From Myxococcales bacterium (GTDB taxonomy: Bacteria; Myxococcota_A; Polyangia; Polyangiales; JADJMO01): DNA of 64,000 nucleotides. The position numbers and the translations under genes were made by a program. The notes under the pieces are model-generated. The model did not search any database, had not been told where the DNA came from, and saw nothing but the letters and a program-made list of their open reading frames with translations. How positions within the stretch are numbered: position 1 is the stretch's first letter; each line of letters opens with the position of its first letter. The stretch covers positions 8,949-72,948 of the forward strand of contig JAEUKC010000105.1 in assembly GCA_016794445.1 (NCBI GenBank), read 5' to 3'. Below, one piece after another: positions 9,640 through 20,000 of the stretch.

Positions 9640-10503
9640 TCAGCCGTCGAGCACGATGCCGGCCTTGAGGGCGCGGCTCACCATGGTGCGCAGCAGCGAG
9701 TAGGTGTCCTCCGCCACGGGCGCGAGCGATTCGGCCCCGAACAGGTGGCGGAGGGCGCCGCGCAGCTGCTTCGAGGTGGTGGCGTGGATGGCGGCCCGCT
9801 CGAGCGCGTTGGCGATCTCGGGGGAGAGCGTGGTCGAGACGGCCATCGCGTCGTTCGGGATCGGCCCGAAGGTGTCGAGCACGCGCACCGGCTTCGGGTT
9901 GCTGCCGTCGGGCTCCGTGAACCCGCCGCGGAGGATCGAGCCGTCGGGCCGGAGGGTGACGAACGTGGCGCCGACCTCGGCCTGCCCCTCGATCACCATC
10001 CGCACCACCTCGGCGTGGTTCTGCAGGAACGACTCCTGACGGAACGCCTTGTGCGGATCGACGCCGCGCGCGGCCAGCATGAGGCGAGGGAACACGTACC
10101 CGGCGGCCGACGTGCGATCGACCCACGCCACGCGGGCCTGATCGATGCTCTCGACGGAGGTGATGGGGGAGTCCTCGGCCACGAACAGGCACGCGTGGTA
10201 CTGGGCCGTACCGCCCCGCACGCACTGGGCGATCGGCACCACCCGCCCCGAGAGCTCGAGCCGCGCGAGCACGACCGGCGGGAACCAGCCGAAGCTCGCC
10301 CGCCCCTCGAGGATGGCGCGCTCGAGGGCGCCGTAGGAGGCCACCCGCATGGGGGCGACGTCGAGCCCCACCGAGTCCGACAGGGCACGGCAGACGTCGA
10401 CGAGGGCCTGCCGGGTGCGGTCCCCCTCGATCGAGGGGGCGAAGCCGAAGACCAGCCGCGTCGTGTCGGGGAGCGGCGGGTTCGAGCCGGGGCGTTCCTC
10501 CAT
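9640..10503 (-). CDS. PhnD/phosphate-phosphonate substrate-binding-like protein without signal peptide
   Basis: Motifs AWVDRTSAAGYVFPR, HAEVVRMV and FGPIPNDA fit the PhnD-type PBP2 fold. Confidence 0.8.
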   Translation of the reverse strand: MEERPGSNPPLPDTTRLVFGFAPSIEGDRTRQALVDVCRALSDSVGLDVAPMRVASYGALERAILEGRASFGWFPPVVLARLELSGRVVPIAQCVRGGTAQYHACLFVAEDSPITSVESIDQARVAWVDRTSAAGYVFPRLMLAARGVDPHKAFRQESFLQNHAEVVRMVIEGQAEVGATFVTLRPDGSILRGGFTEPDGSNPKPVRVLDTFGPIPNDAMAVSTTLSPEIANALERAAIHATTSKQLRGALRHLFGAESLAPVAEDTYSLLRTMVSRALKAGIVLDG

Positions 10504-10557
10504 CGGTCGCACTTCTTATCACGTCGATCACGCCGCGGTGGACTATGCTGCACCGCC

Positions 10558-11238
10558 ATGGGCAAGAGCTGCTTGCTGCGTCGCGCCACCGTCGTCGCCA
10601 CCGTCCTCTGCATCCCCCCGGTCCTCGCCTCGCCGTGGCTCACGGGTTGTGGCGACAAGCCGAACCCCAAGAACCCGGTCGCCGCCAGCGGCGACGCCTC
10701 GGCGAGCGGTGACGCCGCGCCCGAGGCCTCGGCCGTCCCCACGTCCAGCGGCGTCGTGTCCGAGGCAGGCGTGCTCCTGGTCTCCGACGCGCTCCCCCTC
10801 TCCTCCGCCTCCGAGAGTGGTGTGCTCGTCACGACCGACGCCGCGCCCGCTGGCCCCTGCTGGAAGGGCTTCGCCGTCACCGGCAACGCCGTCGCCGACG
10901 TGGGTGAGCTCGGCAAGCGGTGCGCCGCCGGCATGACCCAGCCGATCCCCACCGTGAAGCACGTGTTCAAGCAGGGCGAGAAGAAGTCCTTCCCCGTGCT
11001 CGTGCTCCCGGGCTGCTACCGCATCATCGCGGTCGGCGGTACCGGCGTGAAGGACGTCGACCTCGAGCTCACCGACAACGCGGGCAAGCTCATCGCCGCC
11101 GACAACACCCCGGACGACATCATGCCCATGCTGCACCCCAACAAGGAGCTGTGCATCGAGGGCAGCTACATCGCGAACCTCTCCATCACGGTGAAGAAGG
11201 GCGCGGGCGAGGTCGCTGGCGGCGTGTGGAAGCGGTGA
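10558..11238 (+). CDS. Putative lipoprotein with C-terminal beta-sandwich (PPC-like) domain
   Basis: Lipobox LTG-C, low-complexity linker, then PGCYRIIAVGG...DVDLELTD. The stop overlaps the GTG of the next gene. Confidence 0.65.
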   Translation: MGKSCLLRRATVVATVLCIPPVLASPWLTGCGDKPNPKNPVAASGDASASGDAAPEASAVPTSSGVVSEAGVLLVSDALPLSSASESGVLVTTDAAPAGPCWKGFAVTGNAVADVGELGKRCAAGMTQPIPTVKHVFKQGEKKSFPVLVLPGCYRIIAVGGTGVKDVDLELTDNAGKLIAADNTPDDIMPMLHPNKELCIEGSYIANLSITVKKGAGEVAGGVWKR

Positions 11239-13715
11239 GGCGCTCGACGCGCAGGGGCCTCGTCTCCGGAGCGCTCCTCGCCGCGCTCGCGATCTCGTCG
11301 GAGGCGGGCGCGCAGGGCTTCGATCCGCCGCGCATCCAGCCCCCCACCCGCTCGCTCGCGGGCACCGACGACACCGACGCGATCGGGCTCGTCCCCGCGC
11401 AGCTCGCGTTCTTGCCGGGCTGGGAGCTGCGGTGGACGCACGTCCATCTGCCCAAGGGCGCCGATACGCTGACCCCAGCGCGCGGCGACGCCATCGGCTT
11501 CGGGCTCCCGCTGTTCTTCGGCCTCTCGACCGGCGTGCGCGTCGAGTCGGTGCGCCCGCCCGAGTCCACGCCCTCGCCGTCGCTGTGGTCGGTGAACTGG
11601 GCGCTCGCCTGGAAGCTGAGCGAGGTGCTCTCGTACGCCCTCGATCTGCGCTTCTGGCTCGCCTCGGACCCGCTGCTCGAGCGCCTCGACGGGGCGGTGG
11701 GCCTCGGCGCCTCGTTCGCGCTGCGGCCGTCGCGCTTCGCCGGGTTCTCGTTCGCGGCGCGCGACCTCAACGCGCCGAAGGGCGTGCACCGCTCGTTCGT
11801 GAGCGGGTTCGCGATCCGGCCGCTCGGCACGCGCACGTTCGAGATCGGCGTCGACGGCTCGTGGAACCCGCTCGCGAACCAGCGCTTCGGGCTCGGGGGC
11901 ACGCTCGGCGTCGACGTGCCGTTCGGTCGCGCGTCCGTCGCCTTCCGCATGGGCGACCCGAACGCGCCCGAGGGTCGCGATTTCGCGAGCGCCTGGAGCC
12001 TCACCGCGGGCGTGGAGGTCGGCCTGCTCACCACGCGGCTCGGCGGAGGCATCGTCGCCGGCAAGAACCTCGGCGGCGACCCGGGCTGGTACGCGACCGC
12101 CTCGATCGGCGGCTTCAAGCAGCCGGGCGTCCCCGAGACCGACCGCGCGGTGCTGATCCGCATCGAGGACACCCCCGGCTCGCGCGGCCACGTGCACCTG
12201 CTCCGCAAGCTCGCGCGGCTCGGGCGCGACCCGACCGTGCGCGCGGTGGCCCTCGTCATCAAGGCCGACGCCGCGGGCTCGACCGCCCACGCCGAGGAGC
12301 TCGCCGACGCGCTCGACGCCCTGCAGAAGAAGGGCATCAAGGTGCTGTGTCACCTCGAGGACGGCGGCGCCAAGAGCGTCCTCGCCTGCAGCGCCGCCGA
12401 CAAGGTGCTGGTGAACCCCGCGGGCGGCATCCGGTTCGCCGGCTTCCGCACGCAGACCATGTACTACGGCACCGCGCTGCAGAAGATCGGCGTCGAGCCC
12501 GACTTCATCCGCATCAAGGAGCACAAAGGCGCGCCCGAGGCTTTCGTGCGCGACGGCCCCACCCCGCAGGCCGCCGCGAACCAGAAGGAGCTGCTCGCCG
12601 CGATCGAGCGCATCTACCTGGAGCGCCTCGCCAAGGGCAAGGGCATGACCGTCGAGACGGTGCGCGCCAACATCGCCAAGGGCCCCTTCGTGGCCGACGA
12701 GGCGATCGCCGCCGGGCTCGTGCACGAGAAGGCGTTCGACGACGAGGTCAAGGCGCACGTCCACAAGCTGGTCGGCAAGAAGCTCCGCGTCGAGGCCGAC
12801 GAGAGCGAGCCCCAGGCACCGAAGACGTTCGGCAAGCGCCCGCGCATCGCCATCGTCTACCTCGACGGGGACATCGTCGACGGCCGGAGCCAGCGCATCC
12901 CGCTGCTCGGCACCAAGCTCGTGGGCTCGTACACGGTCGCCGAGGCGCTCGACGCCGCGCGCACCGACCCGAGCATCGCGGGCGTGGTGCTGCGCATCGA
13001 GAGCCCCGGCGGCTCCTCCCTCGCGAGCGACGTGATGTGGCGCGAGGCCGAGCGGCTCTCCAAGGTGAAGCCCGTCGTCGTCTCGATGGGCTCGGTCGCC
13101 GCGTCGGGCGGCTACTACGCGGCCGCGTTCGGCGCGCCGATCTACGCCAACGCGGGCACAGTCACCGGCAGCATAGGCATCTTCTACGGCAAGGCCGACG
13201 TGAGCGGCCTGCTCGGCAAGCTCGGGGTCACGGTGGTGACCGAGAAGACGGCCCCCAAGGCCGACGCCGAGTCGCTCTACCGCCCGTTCACCGACGAGGA
13301 ACGCGTCGAGCTCGGCAAGAAGGTCGCCCAGTTCTACGCGGTGTTCCTCAATCGCGTGGCGCGCGGCCGCAAGATGACGGTCGACCAGGTGGACGCAGTC
13401 GGGCACGGCAAGGTGTGGCTCGGGCTCGCGGCCAAGGAGAAGGGGCTCGTGGACCACGTCGGCGGGCTCGACGCCGCCCTCGCCGACGTCCGCGCCCGCG
13501 CGGGCCTCGAGGACGACGCGCCGGTGAGCGAGTTCCCGCAGGAGAAGAACGGCCTGCTCGACGTCGCGCTCGATCTGCTCGGCGCCGAGGCCCCCGTGCC
13601 CAACGCCGCGGCGCTGCCGAAGGCCATCGCGCCCTACGTGGACGCCCTCGCGCCGTTCGCCGTCTACGGCCCCGACCAGCCGCTCGCCCTCTGGGAGGGC
13701 ATCGGCACCCTGTAG
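11235..13715 (+). CDS. sppA: Signal peptide peptidase SppA (S49, two-domain) with long N-terminal beta-rich extension
   Basis: Motifs HKGAPE (Lys), LRIESPGGS, AASGGYY (Ser) and TGSIGI. About 270 aa of alternating-hydrophobic beta strands follow the signal peptide. Confidence 0.88.
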   Translation: MRRSTRRGLVSGALLAALAISSEAGAQGFDPPRIQPPTRSLAGTDDTDAIGLVPAQLAFLPGWELRWTHVHLPKGADTLTPARGDAIGFGLPLFFGLSTGVRVESVRPPESTPSPSLWSVNWALAWKLSEVLSYALDLRFWLASDPLLERLDGAVGLGASFALRPSRFAGFSFAARDLNAPKGVHRSFVSGFAIRPLGTRTFEIGVDGSWNPLANQRFGLGGTLGVDVPFGRASVAFRMGDPNAPEGRDFASAWSLTAGVEVGLLTTRLGGGIVAGKNLGGDPGWYATASIGGFKQPGVPETDRAVLIRIEDTPGSRGHVHLLRKLARLGRDPTVRAVALVIKADAAGSTAHAEELADALDALQKKGIKVLCHLEDGGAKSVLACSAADKVLVNPAGGIRFAGFRTQTMYYGTALQKIGVEPDFIRIKEHKGAPEAFVRDGPTPQAAANQKELLAAIERIYLERLAKGKGMTVETVRANIAKGPFVADEAIAAGLVHEKAFDDEVKAHVHKLVGKKLRVEADESEPQAPKTFGKRPRIAIVYLDGDIVDGRSQRIPLLGTKLVGSYTVAEALDAARTDPSIAGVVLRIESPGGSSLASDVMWREAERLSKVKPVVVSMGSVAASGGYYAAAFGAPIYANAGTVTGSIGIFYGKADVSGLLGKLGVTVVTEKTAPKADAESLYRPFTDEERVELGKKVAQFYAVFLNRVARGRKMTVDQVDAVGHGKVWLGLAAKEKGLVDHVGGLDAALADVRARAGLEDDAPVSEFPQEKNGLLDVALDLLGAEAPVPNAAALPKAIAPYVDALAPFAVYGPDQPLALWEGIGTL

Positions 13716-14647
13716 TGGCGCTCGTCGATCGCAGGCAGGCCATCCTCGGCGGCGCGGGCGCGCTCGTCGCGTTCGGCCTCGGCGCGATCGCCGCGCGGAG
13801 CCGGCGCAAGGGCGCGACCCCCTTCACGCCGTTGCCGCCCGGTGGCCCACGCGATCTCGAGGTGCTCGACTGGACCTTCCCCACGCCGGATGGCGAGCGG
13901 CGGGTGGTGGTGCTCGTGCCGAGGCCGCTCCCCGCCGGCCAGAAGCTCCCGTTGCTCGTCGCGCTCCACGGCCGCGGCGAGACCGCGAGTCCCCGCGCGG
14001 GCGCCTATGGATGGCTCGAGAGCTACCGCCTCGACCGCTCGTACGCTGCCCTGCGCTCTCCGCCACTCACCGCGGAGCCCTTCGAGGGGTTCGTGCGCCA
14101 GGACCGGCTCGCGCGGCTCAACGCCGACCTCACGGCGCGGGCGTTCGGCGGGCTCGTCGTGGCCTGCCCCGCCCTGCCCCCCGAGATCGGCGGCGCCATG
14201 TACGACCGCTACGCGAGCTTCCTCGGCGACGCGCTCCTGCCGCGGCTGCGCAAGGAGACCCCGGTGATCGGGACCAAAGAGAGCACCGGCATCGACGGCG
14301 TCTCGCTCGGCGGGATCTCCGCGCTCCGCATGGGGATTTCCCGGCCCGATCTGTTCGGGGTGATCGGCGCGCTGCAGCCCGCGATCATCGAGGACCCACC
14401 CGAGGGCCACGTCGTCGACGCGATCGTGAAGGGACTCGCGGGGCGACCGCTGCGCCTCGTGACGAGCGACGACGACTACTACTACCCCGCCGTCACCAAG
14501 GCGAGCGCGCGGCTCACCGAGCTCGGCGTGAGCCACCAGCTGCTCGTCACGATGGGCCCCCACGACTACGCGTGGAACCGTGGCCCGGGCGGCATCGAGA
14601 TGTTGCTCTACCACGACCGCGTGCTGCGCGGCCTACCCGCGGTCTAG
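13715..14647 (+). CDS. Alpha/beta-hydrolase (esterase family) with possible Tat signal
   Basis: N-terminus DRRQAILGGAGAL, then ALHGRGE, nucleophile GVSLGG and GPHDY. Confidence 0.8.
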   Translation: MALVDRRQAILGGAGALVAFGLGAIAARSRRKGATPFTPLPPGGPRDLEVLDWTFPTPDGERRVVVLVPRPLPAGQKLPLLVALHGRGETASPRAGAYGWLESYRLDRSYAALRSPPLTAEPFEGFVRQDRLARLNADLTARAFGGLVVACPALPPEIGGAMYDRYASFLGDALLPRLRKETPVIGTKESTGIDGVSLGGISALRMGISRPDLFGVIGALQPAIIEDPPEGHVVDAIVKGLAGRPLRLVTSDDDYYYPAVTKASARLTELGVSHQLLVTMGPHDYAWNRGPGGIEMLLYHDRVLRGLPAV

Positions 14648-14651
14648 CAAA

Positions 14652-15542
14652 CTACTTGCACTCGTACGTGCTCGGGCGCGTGAACGTGCAGGCGCCAGCG
14701 CAGCGCTTCTTGACAGAGAACTTCTTGCCGTCGCACTCGAGCAGCTTGGCGGGCTCGGCGCCGTCGGGCTTCTGGCAGGCCTGCTGGCCCTTCTTCTGGC
14801 AGGGCACGCCGTCGGTGGGGACCGAGAGGTCGCACGCGACGCCGTCGGCCGTCTTGCTGCAGCCCTTCGGGCCCGTGCACATCTTCTCGAACATCTTGGT
14901 GCCGTCGCAGAGCAGGATCGCGGCGCCGTCGTCGGAGCAGATCTCGGGCACCGGCGGCGTGCACGGGTCGCCCACGAGCTGCACGGAGAGGTCGCACTCG
15001 ACCTCGCCCTTCTTGGCCTTGCAGCCCTTGGGGCCGCGGCAGTTGCGCACGAAGGCGAACTTGCCCTCCTTGGTGCACTCGGTGACCGACTTGCCGTCGG
15101 GCTCGCAGCCCTGCTTGGTCTGGAACGAGCGGTCGCACGCGTCGCCGGCCTTGGCGGTCGCGGTGTCGCACTCCTTGAGCAGCCCCTCGCCGCCTGCTTC
15201 GGACGTGCACCCGCCGCTGCACCCGACGACCGCCCACTTCCCGTTCTGGCAGGTGGTGGCCTCCTTCTCGCCCTTGCACATGCGCTTGCCGAGGAACCGG
15301 TCGTCGCACGGCGAGCCCACCTTGTTGCCCGAGAAATCACAGCGCGGGGTGGTGCCCTCGAGCTTGCAACCCTTGGGGCCGTCGCACGGGAGCGGCAGGA
15401 GCTTGCCGCTCTTGCAGGCGAGCAGGGTCTTGTCGTCGCCGCAGGTGTCCGCCTGACAGTCGTCGCCCGCCTTGGGCTTGCAAGCGTCGAGCGAGACGAG
15501 GGCGAGAGCGAGCGCGAAGAGCGGGGCGAACCGGGGCTTCAT
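14652..15542 (-). CDS. Cys-rich repeat lipoprotein
   Basis: Signal ending SLDA-C. Repeated CxGPKGC...CD units, about 60 aa apart. Confidence 0.8.
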   Translation of the reverse strand: MKPRFAPLFALALALVSLDACKPKAGDDCQADTCGDDKTLLACKSGKLLPLPCDGPKGCKLEGTTPRCDFSGNKVGSPCDDRFLGKRMCKGEKEATTCQNGKWAVVGCSGGCTSEAGGEGLLKECDTATAKAGDACDRSFQTKQGCEPDGKSVTECTKEGKFAFVRNCRGPKGCKAKKGEVECDLSVQLVGDPCTPPVPEICSDDGAAILLCDGTKMFEKMCTGPKGCSKTADGVACDLSVPTDGVPCQKKGQQACQKPDGAEPAKLLECDGKKFSVKKRCAGACTFTRPSTYECK

Positions 15543-16450
15543 GGGGCCGCGAGGATCGCAAAGAACGGCCGCGTTGTCGATGGCTGCGCGCCGTGGTCCG
15601 CGCTCGGGGCGCCCATGCTCTTCGGGCGCTCGTCGACCTCCACGACGAGATCGATCTCGTCGGCGGTGGGCGCCTGCTTGGTCGAAAGGTCGACCCGCAG
15701 GAACCAGCCCGTGTCGAGGAGCCGCTGCCGCGACTTCTCGAGCTTGGTCTCCGAGTACAGGTCGCCCGCGTGCACGAGGAGCTCGGCGCGGACGGCCGCC
15801 TCCGTCACGGACTTCAGCCCGACGATCTCGATCGCGTGCAGGTGCACGAGCGGGCCGCGCACGACCGCGAGGGTGACGCCGACCGTGCGCCGCTCGAGGT
15901 CGAGCTTGGTGCTCGGGTCGGCCATCACGAAGGCGAACCCGAGGTCGCGGTAGGTGCGCTCGACGCCGTCGATCGACTGGCGCAGGAGCTTCCGCGAGAA
16001 CACGTCGCCGACCTTGACCCGCGGCACCCAGCCGAGCGCCGGCGCGTGCTGGCCCCCGAGGTCCTCGTAGACGTCGAGGGCGCTGAGCCGGAACTGCACG
16101 CCCTCCTTCACGACGAAGGTCACCTCGACGAGGTCGCCCGCCGCGCGCACGGACGGCTCGACCTTCACCTGGAGGTAGCCCTGGTCCCAGTAGAGGAGCT
16201 CGATCCGCGAGGCGTCGTGCAGCAGCACGCTGTCCTCGACGAACCCGTGGGCGACGTCGAGGTCACGCACGAGCGCGGCGCCCGCGAGGTGCTCGTTGCC
16301 AGCGAACCGGACGCGCACGCCCGTGTACGATTTCCCCTGCCACGCGACGGTGCGGGCGATGGTGACCTCGTTCGGCTCCCCCTCGGGTGCGCGCACACCG
16401 GGTCGGGTGCAGCCCATGGCGAGGAGCACGGCGAGGAGAGCGATGCGCAC
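15539..16450 (-). CDS. POTRA-domain lipoprotein (BamA/TamA-like periplasmic part, no barrel)
   Basis: Lipobox LAMG-C. POTRA-like segments VRFAGNEHL...YWDQGY...VKEG, YRDLGFAFV and IEIVGLKSVTEAAVRAEL...TGWF...VEVDER. Confidence 0.75.
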   Translation of the reverse strand: MRIALLAVLLAMGCTRPGVRAPEGEPNEVTIARTVAWQGKSYTGVRVRFAGNEHLAGAALVRDLDVAHGFVEDSVLLHDASRIELLYWDQGYLQVKVEPSVRAAGDLVEVTFVVKEGVQFRLSALDVYEDLGGQHAPALGWVPRVKVGDVFSRKLLRQSIDGVERTYRDLGFAFVMADPSTKLDLERRTVGVTLAVVRGPLVHLHAIEIVGLKSVTEAAVRAELLVHAGDLYSETKLEKSRQRLLDTGWFLRVDLSTKQAPTADEIDLVVEVDERPKSMGAPSADHGAQPSTTRPFFAILAAP

Positions 16451-16494
16451 CCCCTTTCGTACCGCACTTCTCGTGGCGAGCCACGCACCGCACC

Positions 16495-16523
16495 TCGACG
16501 GAACGCAAAAGGGGCAGTACAAC
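16495..16523 (+). promoter_or_regulatory. Sigma70-like promoter for the tRNA
   Basis: TCGACG-17 nt-TACAAC, ending 13 nt upstream of the tRNA 5' end. Confidence 0.45.
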
Positions 16524-16536
16524 CCCTCGGCTTCGA

Positions 16537-16609
16537 GGGCCCCTAGCTCAGTCGGTGGAGCAGCGGACTTTTAATCCGTTGGTCGTGGGTTCGAACCCCA
16601 CGGGGCCTA
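16537..16609 (+). tRNA. tRNA-Lys (anticodon TTT), CCA not encoded
   Basis: Acceptor stem GGGCCCC/GGGGCCT plus discriminator A, D-arm GCTCAGTCGGTGGAGC, anticodon arm GCGGA-CTTTTAA-TCCGT, T-arm GTGGG-TTCGAAC-CCCAC. Confidence 0.96.
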
Positions 16610-16613
16610 CCCC

Positions 16614-16637
16614 GTCCGTGAACCAGTCCGTGAACCA
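16614..16637 (+). repeat. 12-bp tandem duplication just 3' of the tRNA
   Basis: GTCCGTGAACCA x2. Confidence 0.85.
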
Positions 16638-16698
16638 GAGCGGCTGGTGCAATCCGCCCGCGTGACAGCTGAGCCTGCACGATCGTACGTTCGCCCTC

Positions 16699-17055
16699 AT
16701 GAGCGATTTCAACATGAAGGATCTGTCGCCGGGCGCCCTCGTCTCGGCGGTCACCACCGGCGAAGGTTTCGGCAACCCGCGCCTCGTCGCGCTCGCGGCG
16801 ATGGGCCTCGGCCTCCTGCTCGCGGCGGGCAACTTCGTCCTCATCTTCGTCCTCAACCGGTACTACCCGTACCTGCTCGGCATCGCGCCGATCCTGCTGA
16901 TGGGCGGCCTGTTCATGGTCGCAACCGGCGAGCCCAAGTCGCGCGGCGAGGGCCAGACCGCGCCCATGTGGACCCGCGCCGGCCTCGCCGGCTCCATGGT
17001 GCTCGGGCTCGGCATCGGCGTCGCGCTCGTGTTCCTCGTGCACTGGGGTCCCTGA
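16699..17055 (+). CDS. Small membrane protein (about 3 TM)
   Basis: 118-aa ORF with three hydrophobic segments and good codon bias. Confidence 0.7.
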   Translation: MSDFNMKDLSPGALVSAVTTGEGFGNPRLVALAAMGLGLLLAAGNFVLIFVLNRYYPYLLGIAPILLMGGLFMVATGEPKSRGEGQTAPMWTRAGLAGSMVLGLGIGVALVFLVHWGP

Positions 17056-17074
17056 GGATCTGCTTCCCCGGGCG

Positions 17075-20000
17075 TCAGGCTCGTTCGACGAGCCGCTCGA
17101 CGCCGGGGGTGTAGAGCCGCGTCATCGCTTCGACGTTCCGCACGCCGAGTCGTCCGAGCGCGTCCTCGGCCTCCGTCACCAGTCGTCGTCCTTCGTCGCC
17201 GCCGAGCAGCTGTCCGCGGCGGCGACGGACCGCGGCGGCGCGAAGCAACATGTGGGTCGCGGCCAGCGCTTGGTCGGCGCGCACGAGCTCCGCGAGCGTC
17301 CCAGCCCGGTCGCCGCGCACGGCCGATACCCCGGCGCGGAGCACCGGTGCGAGAGCGAGCGTCCACGGGGTTCCTACCCGGCCGATGTCCCGCGCGTCGT
17401 TCGCGGCGCGCGCGACGAGATCGGTCGAGGCAGAGCCGTCGGTCGCAGCGGCGGCGGCGATCGCACACCGCGCGTGCTGATCGAGCTGGAGTACCCGGAC
17501 GGTCTCGACGCGGAGCAGCAGCGAACGCCGCAGGGCCGAGGACGCCCGCCGCAGTCGCTCGAGTCCCCGTCGCGGCTCGCCGACGTAGAGGTCGAGATCG
17601 AGGAGAGCCAGCAGCACGTAGTAGTGCTGGATGTGGAACACCCCGCGGGGCAGCTCTTCCTCGAGTCGGCGGAGGTTCTCTGCAGCAGCGTCCGGCTGGT
17701 CCTCGGCGAGGTGGAGCATCGTGAGCGGGATCGCACGAAAGTTCGCCATCGCGTACTCGTCGCCACGGATCGCTGCGGTACGGAGGACCGGGGGCAGCCG
17801 GGTGGCGAGCTCGGCGATCTCTCCCCGGAGCACCAGGGTGCGGTAGAGCATCGTGCGCGTGGAGCTGAGCAACCAGTTCACGTCGATGCACCGGTCCCGG
17901 AACCCCTCCTCGGCCGCGACGAAGGCCGTCTTCGCGTCGTCCCACTCGCCGTTCATGTAGCTCGCGTACCCGGCGGCCAGGTCCGTGAGCGCCTTCGCTT
18001 CGGGGGTGTCGACCCGCCGAGCAATCGCCTTCGCCGCGTCGAGCAGCGCGAAGGTGCGCGCCCTCGTGCGAGCGCCGCCCGCCGAGGTGAAGCAGACCTC
18101 GAGGGACAGCGCCCGCGCGATGCGGCGCGGATCGCCGGCGTCGAGGGACAACAGCAGGTTCTTGGTCTGGAAGAAGGCGCCGCGCACGTTGTCGGTCATG
18201 GCGAAGCCCGCAGCGGCGGCGCCGAGGCTGTCGATCCGCACGATCGCGACCCGGTCGAGGCGCTCGGGTGCTTCTCGGAAGCCGAGGCCCCGCAGGACCA
18301 GCTGGAGCCGCGTGACGATCACCCAGAAGAGGACGCTCAGCGGGGAGACGGGGAACCGCTCGCCGACGTCGGCCAGCACCGAGCGCAGGAGGGCATACCC
18401 GCGGTCGAAGTGGCCGCTCACCAGGAACTGTTCGGCCGCGCGTCGGCGCAGCTCGAGCGCCTCGAGCGCGGAGGCGTGGCCGGCCATGCGGAGCCTCACC
18501 TCCGCCGCCTCGGCGTCGCGCCCGTCGTTCGTCAGCGCCTCGGCCAGCGCGAGCCGGAGCTCCTGCTCCGTCTCCGTGGTGAGCGCCGGATGACGTAGAG
18601 CGCGCTCGAACAGCGCCGCGGCCCGGTCGAACGCCAGGGTCTCGGCCGCCTTCGCCGCCGCGACGGCCGCCGCCGCAGCAGCGTTGGTCGGCTCACCGCC
18701 CTCGTCGAAGTGGACCACGAGGGCCTCGTGATCGTTGCTGCTGGTCTCCACGAGCGCCTCGGCGAGCGCGCGGTGGGTCTCCGCGCGCGAGCGATCGTCG
18801 AGCCGCGCGACCACCGTCTCGCGCACGCGGTCGTGGTAGGTGACCAGGCGGTACTCGTCGCGGACCTGCGACGAGCGCACGAGCCTCGCGGCGCGCAGCT
18901 GGGCGAGCGCGGTCGCTTCGCGCTCGCCGGTGAGCTCGGCGGCGATCCCGGCCACCGTGCGCGAGAGCGGCGTCGCGGCGATCGCGACGACCTCGAGGAG
19001 GCGGCGCGCATCGTCGGAGAGCGCACGGACCTGCTCGTCCAGGACCTCTTCGAGGCGCGGAGAGGCGGCGGAACCCGCGAGCCCTCGCCGCGTGTCGGCC
19101 TGCTGCGCGAGGACGTCGACGAAGAACGGACTGCCGCGCGACTCCGCGGCGATGGCCACGGCCTGCGCCTCGCGCTCGGGTGTGTCGCCGAGGAGCGCCC
19201 GGGCGAGCTCGCGCGCGTCGGAGGGATCGAGCGTCCCGACCTCGATCTCCCTGGTCTCGATCGCCCCCTTCTCCTCCGCGCGGCGGAGGGCGGCCACGAA
19301 GACCGAGCCCGCGTCCTCGCTCCGGTAGCTCGCCACGAGGAGGAGCGGCGGCGGATCCGGGGGCCGCAGGAGCTCCTCGACGAGCCCGGCGCTGTCGGCA
19401 TCGGCCCACTGGAGGTCGTCGATGAACAGGACGAGCGGCCGCCGCATGGCGATCCTCGTGAGCAGCTCCCGGAGCGCCGAGGCGGCGCGGCGCCGGAGTT
19501 CCTGGGGGTCGGCGACGTCACGGCGGCGCGAGAGGACCGCGGCCACGGCGTCGATCCCCTTGAGCACCGGGAACAGGCGGGTCAGCGCCCGGATCTCGAG
19601 GGGGAGCACGACGTCCACCTCGGCCGGAGGGAGGCGCTGCAGGTGCACGCTCAGGGCGTCCACGATGCCATCGAGCGCCTTGTAGGGCACCGACTCCCGC
19701 TCGTAGCACCGGGCCGCGAGCACCACGGTGTCGGGCTGCGGGTCGGCGAGCCCGTCGAGGAAACGCTGCACGAGCAGGCTCTTGCCCATGCCCGAGCGAC
19801 CGCGCACGTGGACCACCGAGCAGCCTCCAGCGAGGGCCGTCTCGAACGATCGCGAGAGTTCGGCGAGGTGAGGCGCCCGACCGACGAACGCGGAGTGCGA
19901 CGGTCGAGCGGGCGAGGTTGGTGACGGCGCCGCGCTCAGCAGGCGTCGCAGCTCGGCGGACGACGGCCTCCGGGAGGGGCTCCGCTCGAGCAGGCGCGTG

